NCBI GenBank assembly: GCA_022844165.1
Contig: JALHMH010000010.1
Span: forward strand, 63,950 to 127,949
Direction of reading: 5' to 3'
DNA length: 64,000 bases
Origin: Lysobacterales bacterium
GTDB lineage: Bacteria; Pseudomonadota; Gammaproteobacteria; Xanthomonadales; SZUA-5
Positions 50,051-62,940 of this stretch are shown in pieces. Position numbers and translations under genes: made by a program. A model generated the notes under the pieces. It saw nothing but the letters and a program-made list of their open reading frames with translations, was not told the origin of the DNA and ran no database searches. Within the stretch, counting starts at the first letter, position 1; each line of letters begins with the position of its first letter.

Positions 50051-53000
50051 CTAATGGGTGTCCGCAGAATCGCGCGTCCGCAGAATCGCGCGCGGTGCAA
50101 GCGCCGTATATCGTCGCAGCCAGGCCTGCTGCCAGTTGAAGACGGTCAGCAACAGCGCGGGCAAAAATACCAACGTAACGATGGTCGAGTACACGAGACC
50201 GAAGAGCACCACGGAACCGAGGCCGCGATAAAGCTCGGTGCCGGCGCCCGGAATCAGCACCAGCGGGGCCAGACCACAAACGGTTGTCAGCGTAGACATC
50301 AAGATCGGTCGCAGGCGCGAGGCAACCGCACCGTGCACCGCATCTGCCGCGCTTTCAGCGCCCTCGGCCAGGCGTTGGTAGGTCTCGTCGACGATCAGGA
50401 TCGGATTGTTGACGACTGTGCCAAGCAACACCAGAAATCCGAGCAGTGTGATCATGTCGAGAGGTTGCGAGATTGCGGCCAAACCGATCAGCGGCAGCGC
50501 ACCGCCGACAGCGTTCAGCAGCTGCAGCCCAAGAATGCCGCCTGCAACGCCGAGTGGTACGGTGGCCATGACCAACAGCGGCCGTCCCCAATGGCGGAAG
50601 ACCGCCACGAGCAGCAGATAGCACAACAACACGGCCAACGCGAAGTTTCCAGCGACCGCAGCTCGAGTGGCTTCCAACTGATCGCTGGCTCCGGAGAAAG
50701 CCATGGAAACGCCTTGCGGGATCTCGCCAGCGCGGCGCATCGCCTCGACCAGCTCGCTGCGCACACGTTCGACGCCAGCTTGTAGCGCTACGCTGCGCGG
50801 CGGCACGATGCTGATCGTCACGGTACGCTGGCCATCGATCCGCCGCACGTTTTCGGTGTCAGCCGTTTCCACCAGATCGGCCAGAGCGCCGATCGGCAGC
50901 ACGTTCCCGTTCGGCGTCGCCAGCGGCAGATCGCGCAGGCGTTCGAGTTGCTGGGCGGCGTCGGTGTTGCCATAGAGGAAGATGTCGACTTTGTCGTCGC
51001 CGACGATCAATTCGTCGACAAACGCACCGTCGCTGAGGGCGGCCACCGAGTAGCCGAAGCTTCCGGCGTCGAAGCCAACCTCGGCCAGGCGCTCCCAGCG
51101 CGGGTGCAGTTCCACCAGGGGTTGATTCAGGTTCAGCGTGGCCGGTTCAGAGGCGACACGCGCACCCTCGAACATGCTCTCTGCGCGGCGCAGCACACGC
51201 GCGCCGACCTCGAACAGTTGCTGCAGATCGGTTCCAGCGATATCGAGGTTGATGCTCCGCGAACCGCCGTCGTTACTGGAGATGATCGAGCCGCGCGCGG
51301 AGAACGCGCGCATGCCGGGGAAGGCACGAAAACGCGCATCGAGGGCATCCATCAGCGCATCGATGTGTGCGGGATCCTTGGGTTCGCCGATCATGCGCAA
51401 GCCACCGGGGCTGACGCTCAAATTGTAGTAGGCAAGTGCCGGCATATCGGTCTCGCCGCGTGCGAAGCGCTCCGGCGGATCCTGCAAGTGCGGTTTCAGG
51501 TCATCCATGATTTGCCACGCGATGGCCGTCATTTCGGTCAGGTTGTATCCCGGCGGCGCGATCATCCGCGAGAACGTCTTCGGCTCCTCGCCCTCCGGCA
51601 AATACTCCGCCGACGGCGTCAGAAACAGCACCACCGCAGCCGTCGTCAAAACGGTACCGAGCAACACGCCTGTGCGCCGGGACGCAGTGCAATGCAATGT
51701 CGCCAGCGACGCACCGACGCGCGCAAACCACGCTGCACCCGGCGCTTTGGACTGCTCAGAGATTCCCAGGCCACGATGTCCTACCATCGTCGGGACAACG
51801 TACAACGCGACCGCCATGGACGCCAAAATCGACGCCGAAATCGCAATCGCGATGTCCGAATAGAGTTGTCCGGCTTCCTCCACGATGAAAAGAATCGGCG
51901 CGAACACGAGCATCGTGGTCATGGTCGACGCCAACACCGCCGCCCAGACGCGACGCACGCCGGCAACCGCGGCTGGAAAGCGCGCCAGACCTCGGCGCCG
52001 CGCCTGATCGATACTCTCAAGCACCACAATCGTATTGTCGACAGTCATGCCGATCGCAAAAGCAACGCCAGCGAGCGAAATCACATTCAAGGTGCGCCCG
52101 GCGAGCAACAAGCCGACGAATGCCGCTACCGTGCAGATCGGGATGGCAATGACGCCGGTGAGCGTGGCCCGGCCCGAGCGCAAGAACAGATACATCATCA
52201 GCGTCGCGAGGACCGCGCCCAGCGCCAGATTGCTCCAGACGTTGGCAACCGAATCTTCAACATAGCGCACGTCATCGGAACTGACGATCACCTCCAATCC
52301 CAGCGCTGCCAACTGATCGCGATTGACCGCGTCGATCGCAGGGAGCAACGCGCGCTTGGTGGCGATGACATTCGACCCTGGCGTGCGTTGAATCGATAGC
52401 GACAGTGCAGGCTGCCCATTGTAGAAACTCACCTCGCGCCGTTCGTAGTGATCCAGGCGGACCTGCGCCACATCGGACAGGCGCACCAGCGTGCCGCCGC
52501 GTTCGGCCACGATCAGCGAGCGGATGTCGTCAAGATCGTCGAACCGCCCCACGGTGCGTAGCAAGTAACGACGCTTGCCGCTGTCCAGATCGCCGCCGGA
52601 ACTGTCGCGATTGCGCGCACGCAAAGCATCACGCAGTTGCGTCAAGCGCAAGCCGCGCTCGGCGAGCAGCGTGGGATCGACCTCGATACGCACTTGCCGT
52701 TCAGGGCCACCGCCGACGTTGACGCGGGCCACGCCCGCGACACGCTCCAGGCGCGGCCGCACGTAGCGTTCCAGATGGTCGCGCAACATGTCGAGATCCA
52801 ACTCGATGGGGCTGTCGGCGCGCGGAGCGACACGCAAGTGCATAAACGCGTTGTCGGAGAATGAACTGGCCGACAGGCTCGGCTCGTCGACGTTCTCCGG
52901 ATAACCCGAAACCTGGCTCAATGCGTTACTGGTTTGAATGAGCGCCTGGTTGATATCAACGCCAAAAGGAAATTCAAGTCGGATCGTGGCCCGACCAGTG

Positions 53001-53251
53001 CTTGCGCCGGACACCATGCGCTTCAGGTTCGGCAAGGTGCGCAAGAACTGCTCTTGCTCCAGCAGGATCTCCTGCTCGACATCCTGCGGCGTAGCGCCTG
53101 GCCAATGGGTATCGACACTGATCGTGCGCACGTCCAAGTCGGGGATCATCTGCACCGGCACGCGCAATGCGGCGCTGGTGCCGAGCAGCATCAGGATGAG
53201 CACGGCCACGGAGATCAGTGCGCCCTGGCGCAGCAATGTCTCGAAGTTCAT
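50051..53251 (-). CDS. RND efflux transporter permease (AcrB/D/F family)
   Basis: 1066 aa; GMTVDNTIVVLE, RLRPILMSTLTT. Confidence 0.95.
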   Translation of the reverse strand: MNFETLLRQGALISVAVLILMLLGTSAALRVPVQMIPDLDVRTISVDTHWPGATPQDVEQEILLEQEQFLRTLPNLKRMVSGASTGRATIRLEFPFGVDINQALIQTSNALSQVSGYPENVDEPSLSASSFSDNAFMHLRVAPRADSPIELDLDMLRDHLERYVRPRLERVAGVARVNVGGGPERQVRIEVDPTLLAERGLRLTQLRDALRARNRDSSGGDLDSGKRRYLLRTVGRFDDLDDIRSLIVAERGGTLVRLSDVAQVRLDHYERREVSFYNGQPALSLSIQRTPGSNVIATKRALLPAIDAVNRDQLAALGLEVIVSSDDVRYVEDSVANVWSNLALGAVLATLMMYLFLRSGRATLTGVIAIPICTVAAFVGLLLAGRTLNVISLAGVAFAIGMTVDNTIVVLESIDQARRRGLARFPAAVAGVRRVWAAVLASTMTTMLVFAPILFIVEEAGQLYSDIAIAISASILASMAVALYVVPTMVGHRGLGISEQSKAPGAAWFARVGASLATLHCTASRRTGVLLGTVLTTAAVVLFLTPSAEYLPEGEEPKTFSRMIAPPGYNLTEMTAIAWQIMDDLKPHLQDPPERFARGETDMPALAYYNLSVSPGGLRMIGEPKDPAHIDALMDALDARFRAFPGMRAFSARGSIISSNDGGSRSINLDIAGTDLQQLFEVGARVLRRAESMFEGARVASEPATLNLNQPLVELHPRWERLAEVGFDAGSFGYSVAALSDGAFVDELIVGDDKVDIFLYGNTDAAQQLERLRDLPLATPNGNVLPIGALADLVETADTENVRRIDGQRTVTISIVPPRSVALQAGVERVRSELVEAMRRAGEIPQGVSMAFSGASDQLEATRAAVAGNFALAVLLCYLLLVAVFRHWGRPLLVMATVPLGVAGGILGLQLLNAVGGALPLIGLAAISQPLDMITLLGFLVLLGTVVNNPILIVDETYQRLAEGAESAADAVHGAVASRLRPILMSTLTTVCGLAPLVLIPGAGTELYRGLGSVVLFGLVYSTIVTLVFLPALLLTVFNWQQAWLRRYTALAPRAILRTRDSADTH
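50060..50091. repeat. 16-bp tandem duplication GTCCGCAGAATCGCGC
   Basis: Two exact adjacent copies, plus a partial CCGCAGAATC at 50012. Confidence 0.85.
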
Positions 53252-54306
53252 GGCGTCGGCTCGACGATCACCGCATCCCCGTCGCGCAGCTGCTCATTAC
53301 CGCGAATCACAACGCGCTCAGCTCCGCTCAAGCCCGATTCGATCGCCACGCGCTGACCCTGGCCTTCCCGGATGCGCACGCTGCGCAAGCGAGCAATCGA
53401 GAGATCGCCCTGAGTCTCAACAACGAACAGGCTGTAGCCACCGTCTGGCTGACGGAGCAGAGCATCGCGCGGGACCGCCAACGCCGCGGCCGTAGCCGGC
53501 AGCGAAATTTCGGCACGCGCCGAAGTGCCCGGAATCAACAGCGCGTCTTTGTTGTCGACCGCCAGGCGCAGCAAGAACGTACGCGCATTCGCTTCGCTGA
53601 CCGGCACCTTGGCGACCACCCGCGCCGGCAATTCAACGCCCGGCATCGCATCGGGGAGCACCGTCGCACTAAACGCGCCGAGTAAATCGGCATGTCGCTC
53701 CTGCGGTACGCGCACGTCGAGCCATACCGAATCAAGCGCCACCAGGCGCAACAGGGCATTTCCTCGCGACGCCCACTGCCCAACCTCGGTCATGCGCTCG
53801 GCGATCACGCCAGCAAACGGTGCCGGCAACGTGTGCCGATCGAGTAGCGCCATTTGCTCCGCCTGCGCGGCGCGCGCCGAGGCAAGCGCCGCCAGTGCGA
53901 GCTGCTCGGCTGCGCGAAGCGTGTCCACTTGACTGGTCGGAATGAACTTGCGTTCGGCCAGCGTTTCGCCCTCGCGCAATCGCCGGCTCGCCTCGCTGGC
54001 TGCGGCGGCGGTCTCGGCCGTCGCCGCCGCCGCACGGGCGAGCGTCTGGCGTGCGACGGTTGTGTCCAGTTTCAGCAGCGTTTGCCCAGCCCTCACCCGA
54101 TCTCCCGTGTCGACATCGATCGAGGCCACCAGCCCGTCGACGCGCGGCGACAGCTCCGCTGCACGTTCCGCGGTCAGCGTGCCGGTCAACGAGAAGCGTT
54201 CGCCGAAGCTCGCCGTTTCCGGCGTGGCAACACTCACTCGTGCGACCGGGTTGGCAGGCGATGATGAGGCGACGCCGGCCAAAATCAAAGCGGCAAACAA
54301 ACGCAT
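53248..54306 (-). CDS. RND periplasmic adaptor (MFP)
   Basis: MRLFAAL signal, GDRVRAGQTL, APFAG, SGLSGAERVV; overlaps the RND start. Confidence 0.92.
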   Translation of the reverse strand: MRLFAALILAGVASSSPANPVARVSVATPETASFGERFSLTGTLTAERAAELSPRVDGLVASIDVDTGDRVRAGQTLLKLDTTVARQTLARAAAATAETAAAASEASRRLREGETLAERKFIPTSQVDTLRAAEQLALAALASARAAQAEQMALLDRHTLPAPFAGVIAERMTEVGQWASRGNALLRLVALDSVWLDVRVPQERHADLLGAFSATVLPDAMPGVELPARVVAKVPVSEANARTFLLRLAVDNKDALLIPGTSARAEISLPATAAALAVPRDALLRQPDGGYSLFVVETQGDLSIARLRSVRIREGQGQRVAIESGLSGAERVVIRGNEQLRDGDAVIVEPTP

Positions 54307-54379
54307 GCATAGAGGCTCGTCAGCGGTTTGCCCGACGATACACAAGGCGGATACGGACGCGGTGAAGAACGTATGCCTG

Positions 54380-54630
54380 GCGAGGCTTCGCCTCAGACTG
54401 CCGAGCATTGTGGGCTTCGCCAGACACCGTACTTGCCACAACCCCCATCGAGCGCTGCGCGCATTTCCGGCCCGGCGGCACAGCCGCCGATCGTTCGGCT
54501 CGGCACACGCCTTGCGGCGTGTCAGCGCCAATCCTCACCCCCCTTTGTACTCAAGGGGGTTTCAACAGGCAAAGCCGCTCCGACGAAAACTCGATTCAAA
54601 TGGCAAGATCCCGCTCAGTCAGGGACTTTA
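54380..54630 (-). repeat. Structured dispersed repeat (MITE-like), long copy
   Basis: Reverse complement matches 63368-63548 apart from ~70 extra bp; multiple hairpins. Confidence 0.85.
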
Positions 54631-54663
54631 GCTTACGATGGTCCGACTTCGTCGACCACAGGA

Positions 54664-54691
54664 AGTCCGGGCACGTCGTCGCGCCCGGACT
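54664..54691 (-). terminator. Hairpin just after the serine hydrolase stop
   Basis: AGTCCGGGC...GCCCGGACT stem; weak U tract. Confidence 0.5.
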
Positions 54692-54695
54692 GAAG

Positions 54696-55970
54696 TTACC
54701 GAACGAAAATCTGATGTGCGCGGTGAATTGCTGCGCGTCGTGCGATCTTGTAGCTCTCGTCGTACACGCTGCGCCAATCGTCATAGCCGCCTGAGTTGTA
54801 GACAGCAGTTGAGATCAGACCACCCGGCAGGGCGCGAACAGCAGAACTGGTGCCGGACCAGCCGCCAGTGTGCGAGTACACCGTGCCGAGTTGCCAATCG
54901 CTGCGCCACCAGCCATGGCTTTCGGTTTTGCCCTGCTCCATCAACGCATAGTCTTCCGCACTCAACAGGCTGGTCCCGTCCGCCATCCGATGCAGGAATC
55001 TGGCCATTTCGACGCTCGACATGATCCAGGCGCCGGAGGCGCAGGTGTGATTCTGATCCGGCGGCAGGGTGCCGCTGCTGTCGGTATCGCTGGCATACCA
55101 AAGCGTGTAGTTGCCGCTGACACTGGCGGTCTTCAATTCGGCCATGTTGCATGATCCAGTGATGCCGATCGGAGCGAACAACTCGTCTTTGACGTAACGG
55201 CGATAAACATTGTTGGTGACAGTCTGGATATAGCTGTCGTAGTCGGCGTTGTTGTACTGCGACGCGAACGACTCCACAGACTGCATTTGCGCGGCTTCGG
55301 CCACGTATGCCAAAGTAATCTGGAAAATCCCAACCATGTTCGAGTAGTCGCGCGTGCCGACGCTCGGTGGCGGTTCCGGCGAGAGATCGCTGCCGCAAAT
55401 CAGATCACCATGGATCAATCGGTCTTTGATCGTATCGCCGCTGCACGAGGAATGCCGGAACCCGCCCCGATGTTGCAGGATGTGGCGCAACGTCACAGGT
55501 CCACTGCCATTTTCGCCGAGCGCATACCGGCTATGCACCTGATTGCGCCAACGGAGCGGTAGGAAGTTCACCAGCGGCAGGTCGAGGTTGACGCCTTTGG
55601 CGTCTGCCGCGTGGATGGCAGCTACCGTGGTGATCAGTTTGCTCACGCTGCCCCAGGGCGTTTCCGTGTTGACCGTAAAGGCCCTTTCGCCGCCCGGATC
55701 ACAGGCGGTGCGCGCGAGGCCCTGGGTGACGCTGGCGATCATTTCGCCATCGGCATCGGTCAATGTGGCGGCCCAGCCCTTGTCGTTCGCAAGACTCATG
55801 CGGATCGCCACTTCTTCCGCGTAGCGCTCAAGATCGATCGCCGAGCTGGCGCCCGTGGTGATGGCAGGGTTGACCGGCACCTGGTTGCACGGCAGGGCAA
55901 ACGCAGAGCTGGTCGCCGATGCCATCGCCAGCGCCAGCAATCTGGCGCGAAGGTTATGGATGGTTTTCAT
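54696..55970 (-). CDS. Secreted serine hydrolase, beta-lactamase/PBP (AmpC-like) fold
   Basis: Signal peptide; SVSK (SxxK), DYSN (YxN), HTGG. Confidence 0.85.
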   Translation of the reverse strand: MKTIHNLRARLLALAMASATSSAFALPCNQVPVNPAITTGASSAIDLERYAEEVAIRMSLANDKGWAATLTDADGEMIASVTQGLARTACDPGGERAFTVNTETPWGSVSKLITTVAAIHAADAKGVNLDLPLVNFLPLRWRNQVHSRYALGENGSGPVTLRHILQHRGGFRHSSCSGDTIKDRLIHGDLICGSDLSPEPPPSVGTRDYSNMVGIFQITLAYVAEAAQMQSVESFASQYNNADYDSYIQTVTNNVYRRYVKDELFAPIGITGSCNMAELKTASVSGNYTLWYASDTDSSGTLPPDQNHTCASGAWIMSSVEMARFLHRMADGTSLLSAEDYALMEQGKTESHGWWRSDWQLGTVYSHTGGWSGTSSAVRALPGGLISTAVYNSGGYDDWRSVYDESYKIARRAAIHRAHQIFVR

Positions 55971-55994
55971 AGTGTACGAAGTCCTTCTGTGGAG

Positions 55995-56018
55995 GCCGGC
56001 GCCGGGCGCGGCGCCGGC
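55995..56018. other. Perfect 10-bp intergenic hairpin
   Basis: GCCGGCGCCG-GGCG-CGGCGCCGGC between two co-oriented genes. Confidence 0.75.
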
Positions 56019-56027
56019 GCAGATGCA

Positions 56028-56363
56028 TCACTCGAAACGAATCCAGCGCAAGGTCGTCACGTTGCTGGTGCAGAAGTTCTCGCCGGCAAGATCGACTTCA
56101 ATGCCGGTGGTCTGCGCGAGCAGCGCCATCGACAGCACTTGTTTGCCGACTTCGGTGGTCGCGTTTAAGCGCAAGGACCAGGTGTTATCGGTTGCACACG
56201 CTGGTTTGGCGTTGCTGTTATGGCCGCTCAGTTTGATGACCACATCGCCGCCGTAGGCGGGGCCAGTGGCGACCTGGGTGATGGTCTGAGCCGTATAAAA
56301 ATGCGTGGCGTGAGCTGCGCTCGACAGAAGTGCAAGGCCGGCGATCAAAAGGGTGCGTTTCAT
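56028..56363 (-). CDS. Small secreted protein with two cysteines
   Basis: RBS GAGGA; signal MKRTLLIAGLALLSSAAHA; 111 aa. Confidence 0.8.
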   Translation of the reverse strand: MKRTLLIAGLALLSSAAHATHFYTAQTITQVATGPAYGGDVVIKLSGHNSNAKPACATDNTWSLRLNATTEVGKQVLSMALLAQTTGIEVDLAGENFCTSNVTTLRWIRFE

Positions 56364-56924
56364 ATGTTGAGTCCTCTATGGGTTTCCTGATGGCGAAAGT
56401 GCGATCAAGTGCTGACAGGAACGCTGCGCGAAACCCAAAACGACAGCCGCTGGCGGGATAAAATTTTTTCGCGACAGTTGTCGCTGCGGCAGGCGTATTG
56501 CGTAGTCTCCATCAGCCGCCGCGGGCGTTCGAAGCGAAGGCGCGCAACGGGTGATCGCTGCCCTCAATGCGGTTGGCCATGCTGCCCTTGATCGGTTTTG
56601 CAGCTGCGCGCGTATGGCAATCGATTTCCGTGCATTCTGAACCGACTGGTCACGTCGCATCGCGGGCTTGTCTTGCGCGCGATGTGGCCGTCGAAACTGC
56701 GCACGAAATCTGGACAAACCCGTCAGCCGTTTACGGCAAATGTCGAGTGCGGCGTTGTCAGCGCACAACGCGCATCCCGCGCAGATTGGCAGACGTTCTG
56801 ATTCGAATCACTGACGAATTTCCAGGCATCCGACATTGGGTGCATGGATGATTTTCAGAAAACTCGATGGTAAAGCGTTGCTCAGCCCGGCAGCGTTGCA
56901 GGGCTGCATCTCATGATCGGGCGC

Positions 56925-59485
<2,561 letters not shown>

Positions 59486-59500
59486 GGCGACGGGCGCGCG

Positions 59501-59835
59501 CTACGCGCGCAGCGGATTTCGCGTCTTGGGCGGCGCGAATTTGGCGAAGTCGCGATCTGAGGCCCAAATCTCGTTGACCTGATTCTCAATGCAAATGGCC
59601 GCGATGCGAGCGTCGTGTACACGCCCGCCGGACAAATTGGCCTTGGCCAGCAGCGTTCGCAAGATCGGCCAGTGGTCGCTCCGGGTGCAACACGGAAACA
59701 CTCGGCGACTCCAGCCACGCGTCCATCTGTTGCGACGCTTGCTTCAGCGTACTCGCCGGCTTGAACAGCTTGGCGTTAGTGGCAATCGCCAGGAACTCGG
59801 AGATGCACGCCACGGGTATGCCCCAATAATATGCG
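59501..59835 (-). pseudogene. VapC-type PIN toxin remnant, 5'-truncated and frameshifted
   Basis: WGIPVACISEFLAIAT in one frame; VHDARIAAIC...SDRDF..F...NPL in another; shift near 59685. Confidence 0.8.
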
Positions 59836-59840
59836 GCGCG

Positions 59841-60437
59841 CTACTCGTCGTCCTGCGCCCGAAATGCGCGCATGAACTCAAGATCGAGCGTCAGGTCGGG
59901 GATGGCTTCGATGGGCACGGCGCCTTCTGCGCGGACGTAGGTCGATGGGCCGAATGCGCTGCCGGTGCGCTGGAGGATGGTGATCACGCCGGCAAGTACG
60001 TCGACAAACCAAAGCTCGCGCACGCCGGCCTGTTCATAACGCGCGCGTTTTTCGACTTGGTCGAAGCCTGCGGTGCGTGGACTGAGCACCTCGATGACCA
60101 CGTCTGGCGCGCCGCGGACACCCTTGGTGTCGATCTTGGTTGGGTCGCATACGATCAACAAATCCGGTTCGAAGACGGTATCGATCACGTCATCCGCCTC
60201 GTCGCTGCGCGGCAGGCGCACGCCAACCGGTGCCACGCGTGCCTGACAGCGCTGGCCGAGCAGTGCGTTGCCCAACTGGCGAGCCAACTCAAACACCACC
60301 GACTGGTGCGCCCAATTTGGGGCGGCCATGGCATGGGCGCGGCCGTCGAGCAGCTCCCAACGCTCGCCCTCCGGCCAGCTGGCATAGTGCTGGAAGGTGA
60401 ATTCGCCGGTTTGAACGGCAAGTTGCGGCATCGGCAT
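59841..60437 (-). CDS. Uma2 (DUF820) family endonuclease
   Basis: WELLDG, PDLLIV, PDVVIEVLSP, K..Y...GVRELW. Confidence 0.9.
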   Translation of the reverse strand: MPMPQLAVQTGEFTFQHYASWPEGERWELLDGRAHAMAAPNWAHQSVVFELARQLGNALLGQRCQARVAPVGVRLPRSDEADDVIDTVFEPDLLIVCDPTKIDTKGVRGAPDVVIEVLSPRTAGFDQVEKRARYEQAGVRELWFVDVLAGVITILQRTGSAFGPSTYVRAEGAVPIEAIPDLTLDLEFMRAFRAQDDE

Positions 60438-60558
60438 TTGAGGAACTCCCTAGATGCGACCATCTTACCGCCGGCCAGCATCGTGGTCACGTGTTTGCCG
60501 ACATCCGATTCGATCCGAATCGGCGGACGGTTTTTCACGACACTCGTCCACGCAGCGT

Positions 60559-60572
60559 TTGACCTGCATCAA
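60559..60572. promoter_or_regulatory. FNR/DNR-type box 1 upstream of the TonB receptor
   Basis: TTGAC-CTGC-ATCAA. Confidence 0.75.
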
Positions 60573-60609
60573 GCAAGCGCGATCGGCGCGTTGCGGTTCG
60601 CCGAGTCAC

Positions 60610-60623
60610 TTGACCGGGATCAA
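60610..60623. promoter_or_regulatory. FNR/DNR-type box 2 upstream of the TonB receptor
   Basis: TTGAC-CGGG-ATCAA. Confidence 0.8.
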
Positions 60624-60679
60624 TCTGGTGCACGTCCTGCTCCGTCGAGAATGGGTCGTCGGAATTCGTGAGATTGCCC

Positions 60680-62887
60680 ATGCCAAGGAGCCATTTGGCG
60701 CTCGCTGTTGCCTTGCTGATGGTCTTCCTGTCGGCACGCTCTGCGGCCGCAGGCGAAACCGCTGCGGCGCGTTGGCTGGATGGCATTGTTGTGGTCGCCA
60801 GCCGCCGTCCACAGCCGACTGCAGAAGCCATCGGCAGTTTCTCGGTGATCGATCGACGTGCCATCGATCACCTGCAAGCGCAGGACATTCGCGACCTGGT
60901 GCGTTACGAACCGGGCGTGCATGTGACTGCCGATGCCACGCGCTTTGGTCTCGATGGTTTCAACATTCGTGGCGTGCAGGGCAATCGCGTGGCGGTGCGC
61001 ATGGATGGCGTGCCGCTGCCGGATGGATTTTTGGTGGGCAGCTTTTCGAACGTCGGGCGCGACCAGCTCGATCCCGAGCTGATCGAAACAGTTGAGATAC
61101 TGCGCGGCCCGGCTTCGGCTCTATACGGCTCCGACGCACTGGGCGGCATCGTCAGCATCGTGACACGCGATCCTGCGGACCTCACGACAGGCGAGGGCAC
61201 GGGCGGTCGTATGCGTTGGTCCATCGCCAGTCGCGACGCCAGCCAACGTGCCAGCGTCGCAGCCGCGCTGCAGGGCGAAAGACATGGCGTGTTGCTGGGA
61301 CACTCCGAGCGCCGCGGACATGAACTCGGCAATCGACCGCTGGCCGCACCGAGCAGCAACCCCGCGACCAGCGATCGCAGCGCGAGCATCGGCAAATGGA
61401 CGATCGACGGCGAATCGGCGCAGCTCAAGCTCTCGCTCGAACGCTTCGCCGCGAACGTCGATACCGACGTGCGAACGCTGGTGAATGGCCCGGGGCAGTT
61501 CGCGACCACGGAACGCCTGCTGGCCGACGACGCCGAACATCGCGAGCGGGCTTCCGCTCAATGGACGCAGAGCGATCTCGGGCCGTTGGACGAGGTGCGC
61601 GTGCAAGCTCTCTGGCAGGGCTCGAAGGTGCAACAAGACACGCTGCAGCTGCGCCGTGCGGCGCCTCCGGCGGTGCGCTTCCCCAGTCTGCGCGAGCGTA
61701 GCTTCGACCTCCAGCAATGGCAGCAGGGGATCGAAGCCATCGCGCGGAAGCAAACACAGTGGGGTGGGCAGACGCAACATTGGGTATTTGGCGCGGAGCT
61801 GTTTCACACGCGCATCAAAGAACAGCGCGATGGGCGCGAGACCAATCTGAGCACTGGCATCGCGACCAACGTGATCCTCGGCGAGCGCCTGCCGGTGCGC
61901 GATTTTCCGAACTCGCGTTTGCGCAGTTTTGGCGCATTCACTGCCGCCGAGTTCTCGTTGGGTCAGTCGAACTGGGTGCTGTTGCCGGGTTTGCGATTCG
62001 ATCGATTTGCCGTCGATCCAACCGCCGATGCGCTGTTCGTTGAGGACAATCCTGGCCGCAGTGTGGTGACCAGCAAGGACTCGCGACTGACGCCGAAACT
62101 GGGTTTGCGCTACGACATTTCCGAGCGACAGAGCGCCTACGTCATGCTCGCCGAAGGTTTTCGCGCACCGCCGTTTTCCGACGTCAACATCGCGCTGGTA
62201 TTGCCGAACTTCAACTACGTGGTGTTGCCCAATGCGGATCTCAAGCCGGAACGCTCCCGGGGCCTGGAAATCGGCTGGTCGGGCAACGGCGAATATCTTG
62301 ATTGGCGCGTGGCGGCGTTTCACAACCGCTACGATAATTTGATCGAAAGTCGAGTCAACCTGGGCGTCGACGCCAGCGGCACCACCGTGTTTCAGTCGGT
62401 CAATCGCACCCGCGCACGCATCTATGGGCTGGAAGCCGGCGCACGACTTGCGTTTGCTCGCTGGGATACACGTTTGGAACCGTATGCGCTGCGCTTGTCC
62501 CTGGCCCATGCGCGCGGCGACGATCGATCGCGTCGCCTGCCATTGAACACCGTCCAGCCGGATCGCTTGTTCGTGGAATTGCAGCGCGCCGCGCAGTCTG
62601 GTTGGCCTGAGATCGCCTTGAGCGCAACTGCCGTGCGAGCGGTAACGCGCATCGACCGCAGCAGCGCCGACTTGTACGCGCCGCCCGGGCATGTTCTCTG
62701 GGATCTGCGTCTGGGCAAGACCTTTGCCGAGCGCTGGCGCGTCGATCTGGCGATCTACAACCTGGGCGACAAACGCTACTGGGATTACGCAAGCCTGCGC
62801 GGGGTCACCCGGCAGAATGTGCCCGATCCCAGCTATTTCACGGGCCCGGGTCGGAGCGCGGCACTGACCGTTGGATGGGTCTGGTGA
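60680..62887 (+). CDS. TonB-dependent heme/hemoglobin-family receptor
   Basis: VEILRGPASALYGSDALGG plug, GFRAP and NADLKPE motifs, terminal W; start 60680 or 60668. Confidence 0.9.
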   Translation: MPRSHLALAVALLMVFLSARSAAAGETAAARWLDGIVVVASRRPQPTAEAIGSFSVIDRRAIDHLQAQDIRDLVRYEPGVHVTADATRFGLDGFNIRGVQGNRVAVRMDGVPLPDGFLVGSFSNVGRDQLDPELIETVEILRGPASALYGSDALGGIVSIVTRDPADLTTGEGTGGRMRWSIASRDASQRASVAAALQGERHGVLLGHSERRGHELGNRPLAAPSSNPATSDRSASIGKWTIDGESAQLKLSLERFAANVDTDVRTLVNGPGQFATTERLLADDAEHRERASAQWTQSDLGPLDEVRVQALWQGSKVQQDTLQLRRAAPPAVRFPSLRERSFDLQQWQQGIEAIARKQTQWGGQTQHWVFGAELFHTRIKEQRDGRETNLSTGIATNVILGERLPVRDFPNSRLRSFGAFTAAEFSLGQSNWVLLPGLRFDRFAVDPTADALFVEDNPGRSVVTSKDSRLTPKLGLRYDISERQSAYVMLAEGFRAPPFSDVNIALVLPNFNYVVLPNADLKPERSRGLEIGWSGNGEYLDWRVAAFHNRYDNLIESRVNLGVDASGTTVFQSVNRTRARIYGLEAGARLAFARWDTRLEPYALRLSLAHARGDDRSRRLPLNTVQPDRLFVELQRAAQSGWPEIALSATAVRAVTRIDRSSADLYAPPGHVLWDLRLGKTFAERWRVDLAIYNLGDKRYWDYASLRGVTRQNVPDPSYFTGPGRSAALTVGWVW

Positions 62888-62940
62888 GCGTCGCGTACCG
62901 AATTGGACCGCGATCGTATTTTCGGACTTCCCTGGCTGGA

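Noticed and set aside
50948-52399. Long antisense ORFs (also 7486-8586, 10391-11551, 57255-59045, 61121-63022)
   Set aside because: Shadow frames opposite well-supported genes in GC-rich DNA; no recognisable motifs
54307-54531. N-terminal extension of the MFP
   Set aside because: Translates the dispersed repeat; the signal peptide starts at 54306
54696-55970. Antibiotic-resistance beta-lactamase
   Set aside because: The motifs only place it in the broad serine hydrolase family; HTG rather than KTG; no resistance context
56364-56924. 560-bp intergenic region as riboswitch or small gene
   Set aside because: No motif I can support by eye; an Rfam scan would be needed
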